From positions 70,310,001-70,374,000 of the forward strand of contig CM059432.1 of assembly GCA_030390025.1 (NCBI GenBank): 64,000 nucleotides of DNA. Reading direction: 5' to 3'. The stretch's first letter is position 1; each line of letters opens with the position of its first letter. This DNA is from Squalus acanthias (taxonomy: Eukaryota). The notes under the pieces are model-generated. The model saw nothing but the letters and a program-made list of their open reading frames with translations. It was not told the origin of the DNA and did not search any database. Position numbers and translations under genes: made by a program. This document shows, piece after piece, positions 47,978-59,830 of the stretch.

Positions 47978-50235
47978 TCTGTGTCTCAGTGAGGATTCTT
48001 CAATCTGATTGGTTGAGGAGACATGTTGTTGCTTTTCCTACTCACACACGCCACAGATCCCCTTTAGAGGGTGCCGCGCTGAAAAAGATCTCTAATTACT
48101 GTAATTTGCTGCTGAAAAGCCAGCGAAAAGTCTGTGGGCAGCTGTAAGCGTAATGAAAGGCTTGCGAAGTTCTTTTGCCACTGACCAGAAAATCTGAGCC
48201 AGTAAACCAACATAAATGATCACATTTATCTGCAATGCATGGTTCCCATGGGGTGCACATGATACTTTTATTTTAAGGCAAACATGACAACTCTTTGAAA
48301 GAGAGGTAGGGTAGGTGAAGATGTGCACTATATAGTGCAGCCATGGCTGGTGATACTTCTACATAACTCCTGTACTCCAGGGAACAAATGCAAAAATGCA
48401 CAAGGGCAAACCAGATCCTTTGTTAAGGATCACCATAGGCTCGAGTAAGAAGCAGCTGCACAACATGGAAAACCAAGAGATCTTTGGTGTACAGCAGCCA
48501 CAAGCATTGGATCAGCCGCTGCAGCCAGGGCTACCTACAGGTGTGTGAAGGTCTCACTGTCCAGTTCTTCTAGCGAGCTCTACAAATGCCCATTATTGCT
48601 TTCGATTGGAGATTTTTACAATGAAGGGTCTGCTAGTTGCTTTACCTGTCTAGTTTTTGCTGATGGCTGTGTACATTCTATTGTCTTTACTTTTAGAACA
48701 CTGCCAATTTTTCTCACAAAAGAATGATAGACTGGAAAGTATATCAATAGTTTTTCTGGCACGTTTATGCCTTGTAAGTAGTGAACATCTGATATACCTT
48801 ATGTATATGCCCTAACCTTAAGACTTTCCTTAGCAATGGAAGTAGCCATGATGACGGCCTGGTTAGCCTACCATAAGCTGTCTTGGATACAGAAGGCTTG
48901 ATAACTGTATCAGTGACGAACTTTGATGTAACTGCATCCATTTTAGGAGTCTCCTTTGCTTGAGTCACCACTTGGGCTCATAGCTTTTGAAGGGAGTGCC
49001 CGCAGTCACTTCAATTGTGCAGGGAAATGCAATGGCACAGAACTGTCACTGACATGAGTGGGAACCAACTGTTCCTTTGCAACTCCAGGCATGCCACTAC
49101 TGGGTGGCATTTCCTCACAAGTCCCACTCATCTGTCTGAACATAGAGCACTGCGCATCTGAATTTTCTGAATTCTTCCCACAAGGTTGTAACCTTCCTCC
49201 AAGTGAATTGAAGGCAGCCGTGACTGCGCCTTGGTTGTACCAAAGCCTCATAGCAGCTGTACCAGCATTCATGAAAGATACTCCTACTGTGCCTTTGCTT
49301 GTGTCACTGATGTCTTCACTGATGCTGCTCCCTGACCAACTACAGATTACAGTGCAGCCAAACTAACCTTCGAATGTCAAGTGCATCAAGGCAAGTGACT
49401 GCCAAACACAAACCACATGTTCAATACCTGTTGGAAAGTAGGCCCACTAAGGTCTGTATCCCAGACAACTCCAGAACGGCATTCCACAATGTTGGACCGC
49501 TGGCCACTACCTGCTGGCCCCTTATGAGCCCACAGCACTTTACCCCATTATCACTGTGTTTCATCCTATGCTTCTCACATAGAATTACAGAGAAATTACA
49601 ACACAGAAACAAGTCATTTTACCTAAGCAACCCCTGTTGGTTTTCATTCCCCATACGAGCAGTAGTCCTAATCTCATGCGCTTGCCTTGTTTCTGTATCC
49701 CTTTACCTTCAGCCACCTATCACACCTATCCTTAATGTTGACATGGTCTCTGCTACAATCACTAACTGCAGCCACTTCAATATTTATTTTTAAGTATTGG
49801 TATCTATGTTGTGTTCAATGCAAGTGTGTGTCATGACCGTTGGTGCTGTGGTAACTTTTTCTCTTTGGATGGGTCTTGAATTTGCCACCTAGTATTTCTG
49901 GGTACTAATGCATCATTAACCTGATTCATGAAGCTGGGACATTGTGAAAGATTGCCAATAGGACTGGCGTAGAACTGGTATTTACTTGTTTTGTTGAAAA
50001 AAAAAGTTTCAGGTTTTCTAGCTGAAAGCAGTCTACTTGAAGCTTTAATTAATTTCTGATAAGGCTATGGGATTTTGCACATTGTATTGTTAATTAGTGT
50101 TTATGTAGAATTTACTTTGAGATTATTGTCTAGTAAATGGTATGTCTTATAAAAAGGAAGTCATTTAATATTGGTCAGAAATTTATGAGTATTGTGATGG
50201 TTGGCTTTTGGGGGGAAATTTCCTTAATGAACAAA

Positions 50236-50715
50236 CTATTGAACGGACGGACGCTCGAGTGAACGAACGCACGCATGCACATTGAAACTTACGCTCGATC
50301 GAACGAACGATCGTTTGGAAAGCGATCGAACGAACGAATGAGTGAACGCACGCATGCACGCACTTAGACAAATAGTACGCACGCACGCATACATATTGGA
50401 ACTTACGCTCGATCGAACGAACGATAATGGACGTTCGAACGAACGAGCGAACGCAATCATGCACATTGGAACTTACGTCGATTGAACGAACGGTCGTTGG
50501 CCTCCGATCGAACAGACGAGCGAACGCATGCACGCACTTAGACAAACCGTACGCACGCACGCACATTGGAACTTACGCTCGATCGAACGAACGATAATGG
50601 ACGTTCGAACGAACGAGCGAACGCACGCACGCACATTGGAACTTACGCTTGATCGAACGAACGAACGCTTGAATGAACGAACGATTGAATGAATGATCGT
50701 ATGAACGATTGAAAA
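50236..50715. repeat. CpG-dense composite tandem array built from (GAAC)n, (GCAC)n and five ATTGGAACTTACGCTCGATCGAACGAACG units
   Basis: Unit starts near 50281, 50395, 50465, 50565 and 50635, with alternating intervening segments. Confidence 0.9.
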
Positions 50716-51690
50716 CGATGCCAGTAGGACTGGCGTAAAACGGGTAGTATATTTGTAGCAGTTAATTGAATTATGATGGTGCTATGTGATTTGTACACTG
50801 TGGTGTTAAACTGTTTTCTTTTATGTGGAGTTTACCTTGAGATTGTTGTTTTAAATCTACAAAGTTTGTGTGAGATTGTTTAAGGGTATTTGTACTGTAA
50901 ACTTTGTTGATTATTTGAAAATGTCATCATTGCATTTATATTGTTAATCATAAAGCTGTTTTTAAGGCTTTATTGTTTACTGTGATCAATGAATGTAATG
51001 GTTTACTATGTAACTGATGAGTTGTATAAGTACTAATGTACTTGAATAATAAAAAGATTCAGCCCAAAAAAAACCAACAAAAATAAACCTAATGAGGGAA
51101 AAGCTTTTTCTCCTCCAGCATGAGTTCAGTAATCCCTTTAGTGGATGTCATCTACTCAGTTTAATCTGCTAAATTGCCATAGTTTAAAATGACCTGGTCA
51201 TGCACTGATATCTGAATACACAATTTGTTGGACAAATTCATATGCAACAGACCACTCCTAGCTACATCAGTGTCCTGGACATTTGGATGTTTGAAAAACT
51301 TTCTAAATTTACATGAGAGGCAGCATATTGTAAATATTGTTTTTATTCATTTGTCAATGTAGCAGAATTAATAGTTTTAAATGTTCCCCTATTTAGTTTA
51401 TAATTATTAAAGGCAAAATTGCTATCCCATACTGTTTTAGAATTATTGAGCTATATTGAACTTATTAGCTATTCCAAATTGTATGATTTTCTTTTTCAAT
51501 ACATCCAGTTTTGTTTCCATAGTTTTTTATTCTGTAGTGAAAATTACAGTAGTCTACACATAATTGTTCTGTAGTGGAAACTCTATTATCCACCAAAATG
51601 AAAGGCACCCCTCACACTCCAGTGAACAATATAAATTGGTGGATAATCAAGAGTTCCTAAATTTTGGTTTTATACATATAGTACAAAGGC

Positions 51691-52015
51691 GAGCACAAAA
51701 TCTAGGCTGACACTCCAGTGCAGTACTGAGGGAATGCTGCACTATGGCTTTTTTTGGATGAGATGTTAAACTGGGGCCCCGTCTGCCCTCTCAGCTGGAC
51801 ATAAAAGATCCTATGGCACTATTCAAAGAAGAGCAGGGGAACTTGCCAGATTATCTGGTCATTATCTCATTACTGTTTGTCTGAACTTGCTGTTCACAAA
51901 TTGGCTGCTGTGTTTTTAACATTAGAACAGTGACTACACTTCAAAGTAATTGTCTGTAAAGTGCTTTGAGACATCCTGAGGTTATGAAAGATGCTATATA
52001 AATGCAAGTCTTTCT
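51691..52015 (+). mobile_element. Deu-domain SINE with L2-type tail
   Basis: ggctgacactccagtgcagtactgaggga...ttggctgctgtgttt...gctatataaatgcaagt. Confidence 0.78.
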
Positions 52016-52597
52016 TTTCTTTTTATAGCCATACTCTACACACCTGAATTAAGACAAATACAATATAAATAATGTAATATTTCTTGGGTTGTGAGACTGT
52101 TTTATTTATAAACAGGAAGTGTTTGGTGTTGGCAGGCTACTGTAGGCAAAATGTCCTGAAAATTGTCTTAAATGTGTCCTCAAAATAGAATCAGTAGAAG
52201 ACTAAACCATGGGAAAGCAAAAGGCTAAAAACTGTGAATATCCATATGAAAAAAGGCATTCTGCCAGAAACTAGAAACGCGTAGGACATCAAGGCCACAG
52301 ACCCAGAGATAGCTTGGTAGTAGATATAAGCGAGTCACTCCTTACTTGAAATAGCAAAAAAGACCCTATTGTTAAGAGACTGAAAGTCAACGGAGTGAAA
52401 TTGCCACCTGGTATGTACTGATGCATTGTTTACTTAAGATCATTAAGATAACTAACATGGTTGTGTGAGGTGATTGATACCAAAAAGAGGTGAACTCCTC
52501 TAAGGCAGGTCACTCAGATGGGTCAATTGAATTGAGGAGGTAGCTTTGAAAATCAAGAATATACAAGGGTTGAATTCTGGATTTTCTTTAATTCACT

Positions 52598-54290
52598 TAT
52601 AAGAACATAAGAAATAGGAGCAGGAGTAGGCCATTCGGTCCCTCAAGCCTGCTCCGCCATTCAATAAGATCATGGCTGTTCTGATCTTGGCCTCAACTCC
52701 ACTTTCCTGCCCGCTCCCCATAACCCTTGATTCCCCTGTTTTTCAAAAATCTGTCTATCTCCGCCTTGAATATATTCAATGACTCAGCCTCCACAGCTCT
52801 CTGGGGTAGAGAATTCCAAAGGTTCACGACCCTCTGAGAGAAGAAATTCCTCATCTGTTTTAAATGAGCGACCCCTTATTCTGAAACTATGCCCCCTAGT
52901 TCTAGGTTCCCCCACGAGGGGAAACATCCCCCCTGCATCTACCCTGTCAAGCCCCCTCAGAATCTTACATGTTTCAATAAGATCACCTCTCATTCTTCTA
53001 AACTCCAATAAATATAGGCCCAACCTGCTCAACCTTTCCTTATAAGACAAACCCTTCAACTCAGGAATCAACCTAGTGAACCTTCTCTGAACTACCTCCA
53101 ATGCAAGTATATCCTTCCTTAAATAAGGAGACCAAAACTGTACGCAGTACTCCAGGTGTGGTCTCACCAATGCCCTGTACAGTTGTAGCAAGACTTCCCT
53201 ACTTTTATACTCCATCCCCCTTGCAATAAAGGCCAATATTCCATTTGCCTTCCTAATTACTTGCTGTACCTGCATGCTAACCTTTTGTGTTTCATGTACG
53301 AGGACACCCAGAACCCTCTGTACTGCAGCATTCTGTAGTCTCTCTCCATTTAAATAATATTTTGCTTTTTTATTCTTTCTACCAAAGTGGATAAACTCAC
53401 ATTTTCCCACATTATACTCCATCTACCAAATTTTTGCCCACTCACTTAGCCTATCGACATCCCTTTGCAGACTTTGTGTACTCATCACAATTTGCTTTCC
53501 CACCCATCTTTGTAGCATCAGTAAATTTGGCAACAGTACACTCGGTCCCTTCATCCAAGTCATTAATATAGATTGTAAATAGTTGAGGCCCCAGCACTGA
53601 TCCTTGTGGCACCCCACTAGTTACAGTTTGCCAACCTGAAAATTACCCATTTATTCTGACTCTCAGTTTTCTGTTAGTTAGCCAATCCTCTATCCAATCT
53701 AATATATTACCCCCAACACCATGAGCTCTTATCTTGTGCAGTAACCTTTTATGCGGCACCTTATCGAATGCCTTCTGGAAATCTAAATACGCTACATCTA
53801 CTGGTTCCCCTTTATCCACCCTGCTCGTTACCTCCTCAAAGAACTCGAGTAAATTTGTCAAACACGATTTCCCTTTAATAAAACCATGTTGACTCTGCTT
53901 GATTGTATTATGATTTTCTAAATGTCCTGCTATTACTTCCTTAATAATGGATTCCAGCATTTTCCCAATGACAGATGTTAGGCTAACTGGCCTATAGTTT
54001 CCTGCTTTCTGTCTCCCTCCTTTCTTGAATAGGGGAGTTACATTTGCGGTTTTCCAATCCGCAGGAACCTGTCCAGAATCCAGGGAATTTTGGTAGATTA
54101 CAACCAACGCATCCACTATCGCTGCAGTCACTTCTTTTAAAACCCTAGGATGCAGGCCATCAGGTCCAGGAGACTTGTCAGCCTTTAGTCCCATAAGATT
54201 GCCTAGTACTTTTCTCTAGTGATAGTGATTGTTTTAAGTTCCTCCCTCCCTCCCTATAGCCCCTTGATTATTAATTATTACTGGGATGCT
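52598..54290 (-). mobile_element. CR1 LINE (family D), 5'-truncated
   Basis: RT ORFs 53643..54194 and 52784..53422 closely match 28936..30042; aagaacataag tail. Confidence 0.93.
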
Positions 54291-55071
54291 ATCTTTTAGT
54301 TGTCTTTATCAAGTGTATGTAGGAGATCTCTGTAAAAGGCAGAAAGTGCATCTGCAATGGAGAGAAAGAGCAAGAGGTTACAGAAGGAAGAATGTTTACT
54401 GAACCAAATCTAGCTAGCATTCACTCCGAGGAGTAAGCTGGGCAGGAAACCCCTAACGGTTCCTTGATGAAGTGTTAAAGTAAAGGGATTGAAGATTCAT
54501 CTGGTGCCTTGATAAATATTTGTTGGGGTACCGATTCCAGTCATCTTACATTTTTTGAGGGCACAGACAACAATTGTTTATTAATCTCAATGATAATTAG
54601 CAGCACTTAAACATTAAGTATGCAAATAATTAGTAGATTGGGTTAACTAACAAAATGAACAACAAAGGTTGTAAAAACTTTCCATTGTGTCACAGTGATT
54701 CACATTAACAGTGTGCTGATTATCAATTTACAGCTAGAATCAGTGTCGGAGATTGATATAAATTGGTGAGATTAAGTTAGGATTAGACTCCTTAGATAGC
54801 TGATGAATTAATAGCATTAGCTAGCTAGTCTACAGAATAGAATCTATATGCTGGCAGTTAGCAATGTTTCCAAAACTTATACAATTTCGTCCTTAGGAGC
54901 TGTTCGGTAGAGCTGGTTGTATCACCTTCTCCTGTGATGATGGTGTTGGCTTCTGGGATGTTGGGGTGATGAACCTCAATCTGTAGAGGCATTATCTGTT
55001 CCTCTTGGATACGCTGCTCCTGGATAAATCTAGTAGCTGGAGCTGGATTAGCATTAGCTGGCTCATAGCTC

Positions 55072-55270
55072 AACAGCAATAACTTGCATTTATAAAGCAC
55101 CTTTAACATAGTAAACTGTCCCAAGGCGCTTCACAGGAGTGTTATCAAACAAAATTTGACACCGAGCCCCATAAGGAGATATTAGGACTGGTGACTAAAA
55201 GCTTGGTCAAAGAGGTAGGTTTTAAGGAGCATCTTAAAGGCGGAGGTAGAAAAGCAGAGAGGTTTAGATA
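55072..55270 (-). mobile_element. L2 3' end fragment
   Basis: Homologous to 26617-26820. Confidence 0.8.
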
Positions 55271-55760
55271 CATCCAAACGGTACATATCTACCTGTAGCT
55301 GGCAGGTACAGCCATATTATCTAGATTATATGGTGCCCTTGAATCCTGTAAGGTTTGTTGAACCTCCAATGTTATAGTTTTCAGTGCTGCAGTTGAATGG
55401 TAAATTGCACAATTTTTAATTTACTGGATTGTATTGCAGTTTACTCAGGCGCATAATCACTTTCCGTTGTCTCTTTGGGCATTCCTCCTCTACGCCATGC
55501 ACCATTCCCAATACAACAGGTACGCAACCTACCCCAAGCCATTCTACAACTAGCAAAAAGGAAATTCATGTAATAACTTTGGTTGACTCACTCCTAATGA
55601 ATTTTTCATCGGTCCCTGTGGAGAGGTACCTTGCCACAACTCCTGATGGAGATCAAGATGAAGAATATTTTATGCTGAAAGAAATGAGGAATGAGCGCCA
55701 ATAAGTTGAATGGCCTCTTGTCATCTGACTTTTCTTATCTCTCCATGTGATCAACCAATG

Positions 55761-57301
55761 TGATAGACAGGATGTACTAGAAAGGCTAGGTATGCTTAGA
55801 GTGGATACGTCACCTGGTCCAGATGGCTTGCAGCCCAGGTTGTTAAGGGAATTGGGGGAAGAGATAGCAGAAGGGCTTGCCATCATTTTCCAATCTTCCC
55901 TAGATGCAAGGGAGGTGCCTGAGAATTGGAAAGTGGCAAATATGACACCATTGTTCAAGAAAGGGTGCAAGGACAATCCTAGTAACTACAGGCCAGTCAG
56001 TTTAACATCAGTGGTGGGTAAAGTTTTAGAAACAATAAATCAAGAAAAAAATTAACAGGCACTTGGAGAGGTTTAAGTTAATTAAGGAGAGCCAACACGG
56101 ATTTGTAAAAGGCAGATCATATTTGACCAATTTAATTTTTCGATGAAGTAACAGGGAGGATTGATGAAGGGAATGCAATGGATGCTGTCTACATGGATAT
56201 TAGGAAGGTTTTTGACAAAGTACCACATAGAAGGCTAGTTAACAAAATTGAGGCTCATAGAATAGGTGGGTCAGTGGCAGCTTGGATAAGGAATTGGCTT
56301 AAGAACAGGGAACAGCGAGTTGTGGTAAATGGCTGTTTTTCAGACTGGAGGATGGTAGACAGTGGCGTTCGCCAAGGGTCAGTGCTGGGGCCACTGCTTT
56401 TTTTGATATAAAAAAATGACCTGGATATTGGAATACAGAGTAGAATGTCTAAATTTGCCGATGACACCAAACTTGGGGGTGTGGCAAACAGTGAGGATGA
56501 TACCAATCGACTGCAACAGGACATAGAAAGGCTATGAAGAATGAGCAGACAAGTGGCAGATGGAATTTAATACAGAGAAGTGAGGGGTGATGCATTTTGG
56601 CAGAAGGAACAGGGAGAGGCAATATACACTTAATGGCAGTTTTAAAGAGTGTGCAGGGACAGAGGGACCAGAGAGTTAATGTGCATAGGTCCCTGAAGGT
56701 GGCAGGACATATTGAGAGTGGTTAGCAAAGCATATGGGATCTTGGGCTTCATAAATAGAGGTATTGAGTACAAAAGTAGAGAAGTTATGCTGAACCTTTA
56801 TAAAGTGCTGGTTAGGCCACAACTGGAGTATTGCGTCCAGTTCTGGTCACCACACTTTAGGAAGGATGTGAAGGCCCTTGAGAGGGTGCAGAGGAGATTT
56901 ACCAGAAATAGTTCAGGGGATGGGGGATCTTAGCTACAAGGACAGATTGGAGAAACTGGATTTGTTTTCATTAGAGCAAAGGAGGTTGCAGGGTGATTTG
57001 ATAGAGATGTACAAGATTATGACGGGTTTGGATAGGCTAGATGGGGAAAGGCTGTTCCCACTAGTTGATGGTACAAGGACTAGGGGACACAGATTTAAGG
57101 TTCTGGGCAAGAGATACAGGGGGGATGTGAGGAAAAACTTTTTTACGCAGCGAGTGGTGAGTGGAGATACTCAATGTTTTCAAGGGGAGACTGGATAGGC
57201 ACTTGAAGGAAATAAACTTGCAGGGCTATGTGGATAGAGCTCTACAGAGAGCCAGCATGGACTCGATGGTCCTGAATGGCCTCCTTCTGTGCCGTTATGA
57301 C
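55761..57301 (+). mobile_element. CR1 LINE (family B), 5'-truncated
   Basis: Collinear with 15017-16610, with small 3' deletions. Confidence 0.92.
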
Positions 57302-58273
57302 TGACATTTGTGAACCTATGCATTACTATTTTGTGAGTGCATAAACCATCCTAAAAAGCTTACCATTACACAGAACTGGAATATTTAAATGCATCAGTGT
57401 TGTCCTCTTAAAGATGCTATGTTAATTTTCTTACAATTTGAATTTTTTCCAAGCTTTCTCAATCATTTACTGTACAGTTTATGTTTTCATAGACAGTGGA
57501 TTTTAAGATTCTTTACTTTTTCACTCTCTTGTAAAGATGATAAATGTAAAGTTAAAAGCTGCATCTGGCAGATTGGCTTAACATTGATGAATGACCTTAC
57601 AACCAGTGAATAAAATTGAAGATGATAAATCATATTTTCTTTCCTTCAATAATCTCTTCATTATCTTCACTGAAAATCAGCTGTCCAGAACCTTTGAATC
57701 TAAATCCGTTCACTCTTGATTCTCAATCACTGCCAAAAATGATTTCCTGTCTGTCTCTCCTTCTGGAAAATTAATTGCAAAAGTGGTCTCCATCCTTTGT
57801 TGAATATAGTTTGTAAAATGCAGGATCCACCCCAGTTGAAAAAAATTGCAATCATTTTACAAAGCTGTATGATGCAGGTTACAGGCCTTTCTTTCAATCT
57901 TTGAAACAGTAAGATTAATTGCTTCCATTTCACAGCAGAGAAATTTGGGTTTCCAAAGAGACAATGGGTAAAAGATAGAGAAAATAGAAATTGATTTGTA
58001 ATTTTTGGTTTCAAAGCTATGTTTGAACAATAGAACTTAGCATTTTCCTCTGGCACTTAGTTGAATCCTAGTTAAATCTATGGGTTTGGGGGTTCTTCTA
58101 ATCAGACTTAAATATGTGGTAATAACCAAGTGAGTTAAGAGAAAGGTAATAATGTGACTGTACCTTCCCATAACGTCCTGCTATCTGTAGGAAGCAGCAA
58201 TCTACTTTCTGGGGCTCCTGGATATGCATGTTGTATCACTGTGTAATCTAAATAACTACAAAATTCAGCTATT

Positions 58274-58738
58274 GGACTGAGGTTTCCGTTCGGCTGTTGT
58301 ACCAATAGAAGTGAGATGGGTGGACACTTTTGCCTGCTCATGAGATGCTCCCGGGGGCGTGCTGCTGTGGCAAAAAAGTGGTGGCCATTGCGTTGCCTGC
58401 CAAAAATATTAAAAAAAGTTAAGAATCTTCCTCTTACCTGATGAGGCGTCTGAAGAGTTGCATTTTTTGAGGTAAGATCCAATGCCCCCTCTGCCGACTG
58501 CTGAAGCTCAACAGAAGGCCACCCACTGTTCTTAAAGTGCAAATGTCAAAAAACAGAGCAAAGGCTGTGCTTTCTCATTTTGTTAAGAGTACACCTACCC
58601 ATATGGGCCAGCGTGGTTTCTTGGGTCACAGTAGGCTCAAGAAAACAGCAATACAGCCCAGCGCATCCCCAAGTTGTTTTCCATTTCCAGCCATCCCAGA
58701 TCCACCATAAAAATCGTGGTGGTGAAAATACCTAGCCC
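58274..58738. mobile_element. Harbinger-type MITE (465 bp)
   Basis: Ends GGACTGAGGTTTCC / GAAAATACCTAGCCC, 3-bp TSD ATT (58271-58273, 58739-58741). Confidence 0.6.
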
Positions 58739-59051
58739 ATTGAATTTTGATGAGAAATTTGCATTATATCCAAATCTGAAGTTATTTGTTTTCCTATCTC
58801 AATATCTAGCAAGGTTTCTTGATGCTAGACACCATCAAAATTGAACAGTAAGAGAAAAGACAAGCTGAGTGAACTGGTTAGTTCATGCCAGAGAAAACAT
58901 TCCTTTAAATGGATGTCATCAATAAGCTCTTTAGCCCTTTTCTGCTTAAAGCACTTGTCATGGCATCTGTTGTTACAACCTTGTGTATGTTCTGATTATT
59001 CATCTGTGAGAATTAACAGGGAGACCACACCTCAACTTGTGTTGAAGGCAC

Positions 59052-59435
59052 TGGAACAGGAGTAGGCCATTCAGCCCCTCAAGCCTGTTCAGCCATTCAA
59101 TTAGATCACGGTTCAGATCTGGCTGGACCACAGCAAGCACTATCGGGCCCTGCTCTCCTCTGCAAAAACTGCTCACTACTCCAGTATCATCCTGGAACGC
59201 AGATAATACCCGGCTTCTTTTCTGCACTACCATCTCCTTAAACCCCTCGCCCCTGCCTCCTCCATCAACACCGCCAACAAGTGCGTGTAGTTCATGGACT
59301 TTTGTCATAAGATTGAGACCATCTCTTGCTGCACTGTCTGCTACTCTTCAATTTGGTCCCCTTTTTAATTGCTCCAGCATTGGCAACTGTGCCTTTAGCT
59401 GCCTAGGCCCTAAGCCTCTCTCTCTACCTTTAACA
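59052..59435. mobile_element. CR1 tail fragment (-) plus L2 fragments (+)
   Basis: ggaacaggagtaggccattcagcccctc tail; cactactccagtatcatcctgga and gcctttagctgcctaggccctaag resemble L2 ORF2 pieces, the latter complementary to 26830-26850. Confidence 0.55.
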
Positions 59436-59557
59436 TGTGCCTAGACTGTTCACCACTCCATTTGGTAGGTCTGGGAGCAGAACACCTGGTTGCACTGGTT
59501 GGCAAATAGTATACAGCACAGGCAAACCCACTAGCTAAAATGGACATTAATTTTAGC

Positions 59558-59830
59558 GGGGGTCACAGTCTCAGGATACGGGGTAGGACATTTAGGACTG
59601 AGATGAGGAGAAATTTCTTCACTCAGAGGGTGGTGAACCTGTGGAATTCTACCACAGAAGGCTGTGGAGGCCAAGTCACTGAATATATTTAAGGAGATAG
59701 ATAAATTTCTAGACACAAAAGGCATCAAGGGGTATGGGGAGAGAGCAGGAATATGGTATTGAGATAGCGGATCAGCCATGATCATATTGAATGGCCTACT
59801 CCTGCTCCTCTTTTTCCATGTCTATGTCTA
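59558..59830 (+). mobile_element. CR1 3' fragment
   Basis: RGHSLRIRGR.FRTEMRRNFFTQRVVNLWNS; (tctatg)n tail. Confidence 0.85.

Larger units (their letters stand above)
42780..48200 (+). mobile_element. Second, older Harbinger element carrying several nested insertions
   Basis: Degenerate TIRs (gtttcccgaattttgcagtca / tgaccagaaaatctgagcc), transposase remnant on + and convergent partner gene on -. Confidence 0.75.

Noticed and set aside
50236..50715. CRISPR array
   Set aside because: The intervening segments repeat each other instead of being unique spacers, their lengths vary widely, there are no cas genes, and the context is vertebrate.
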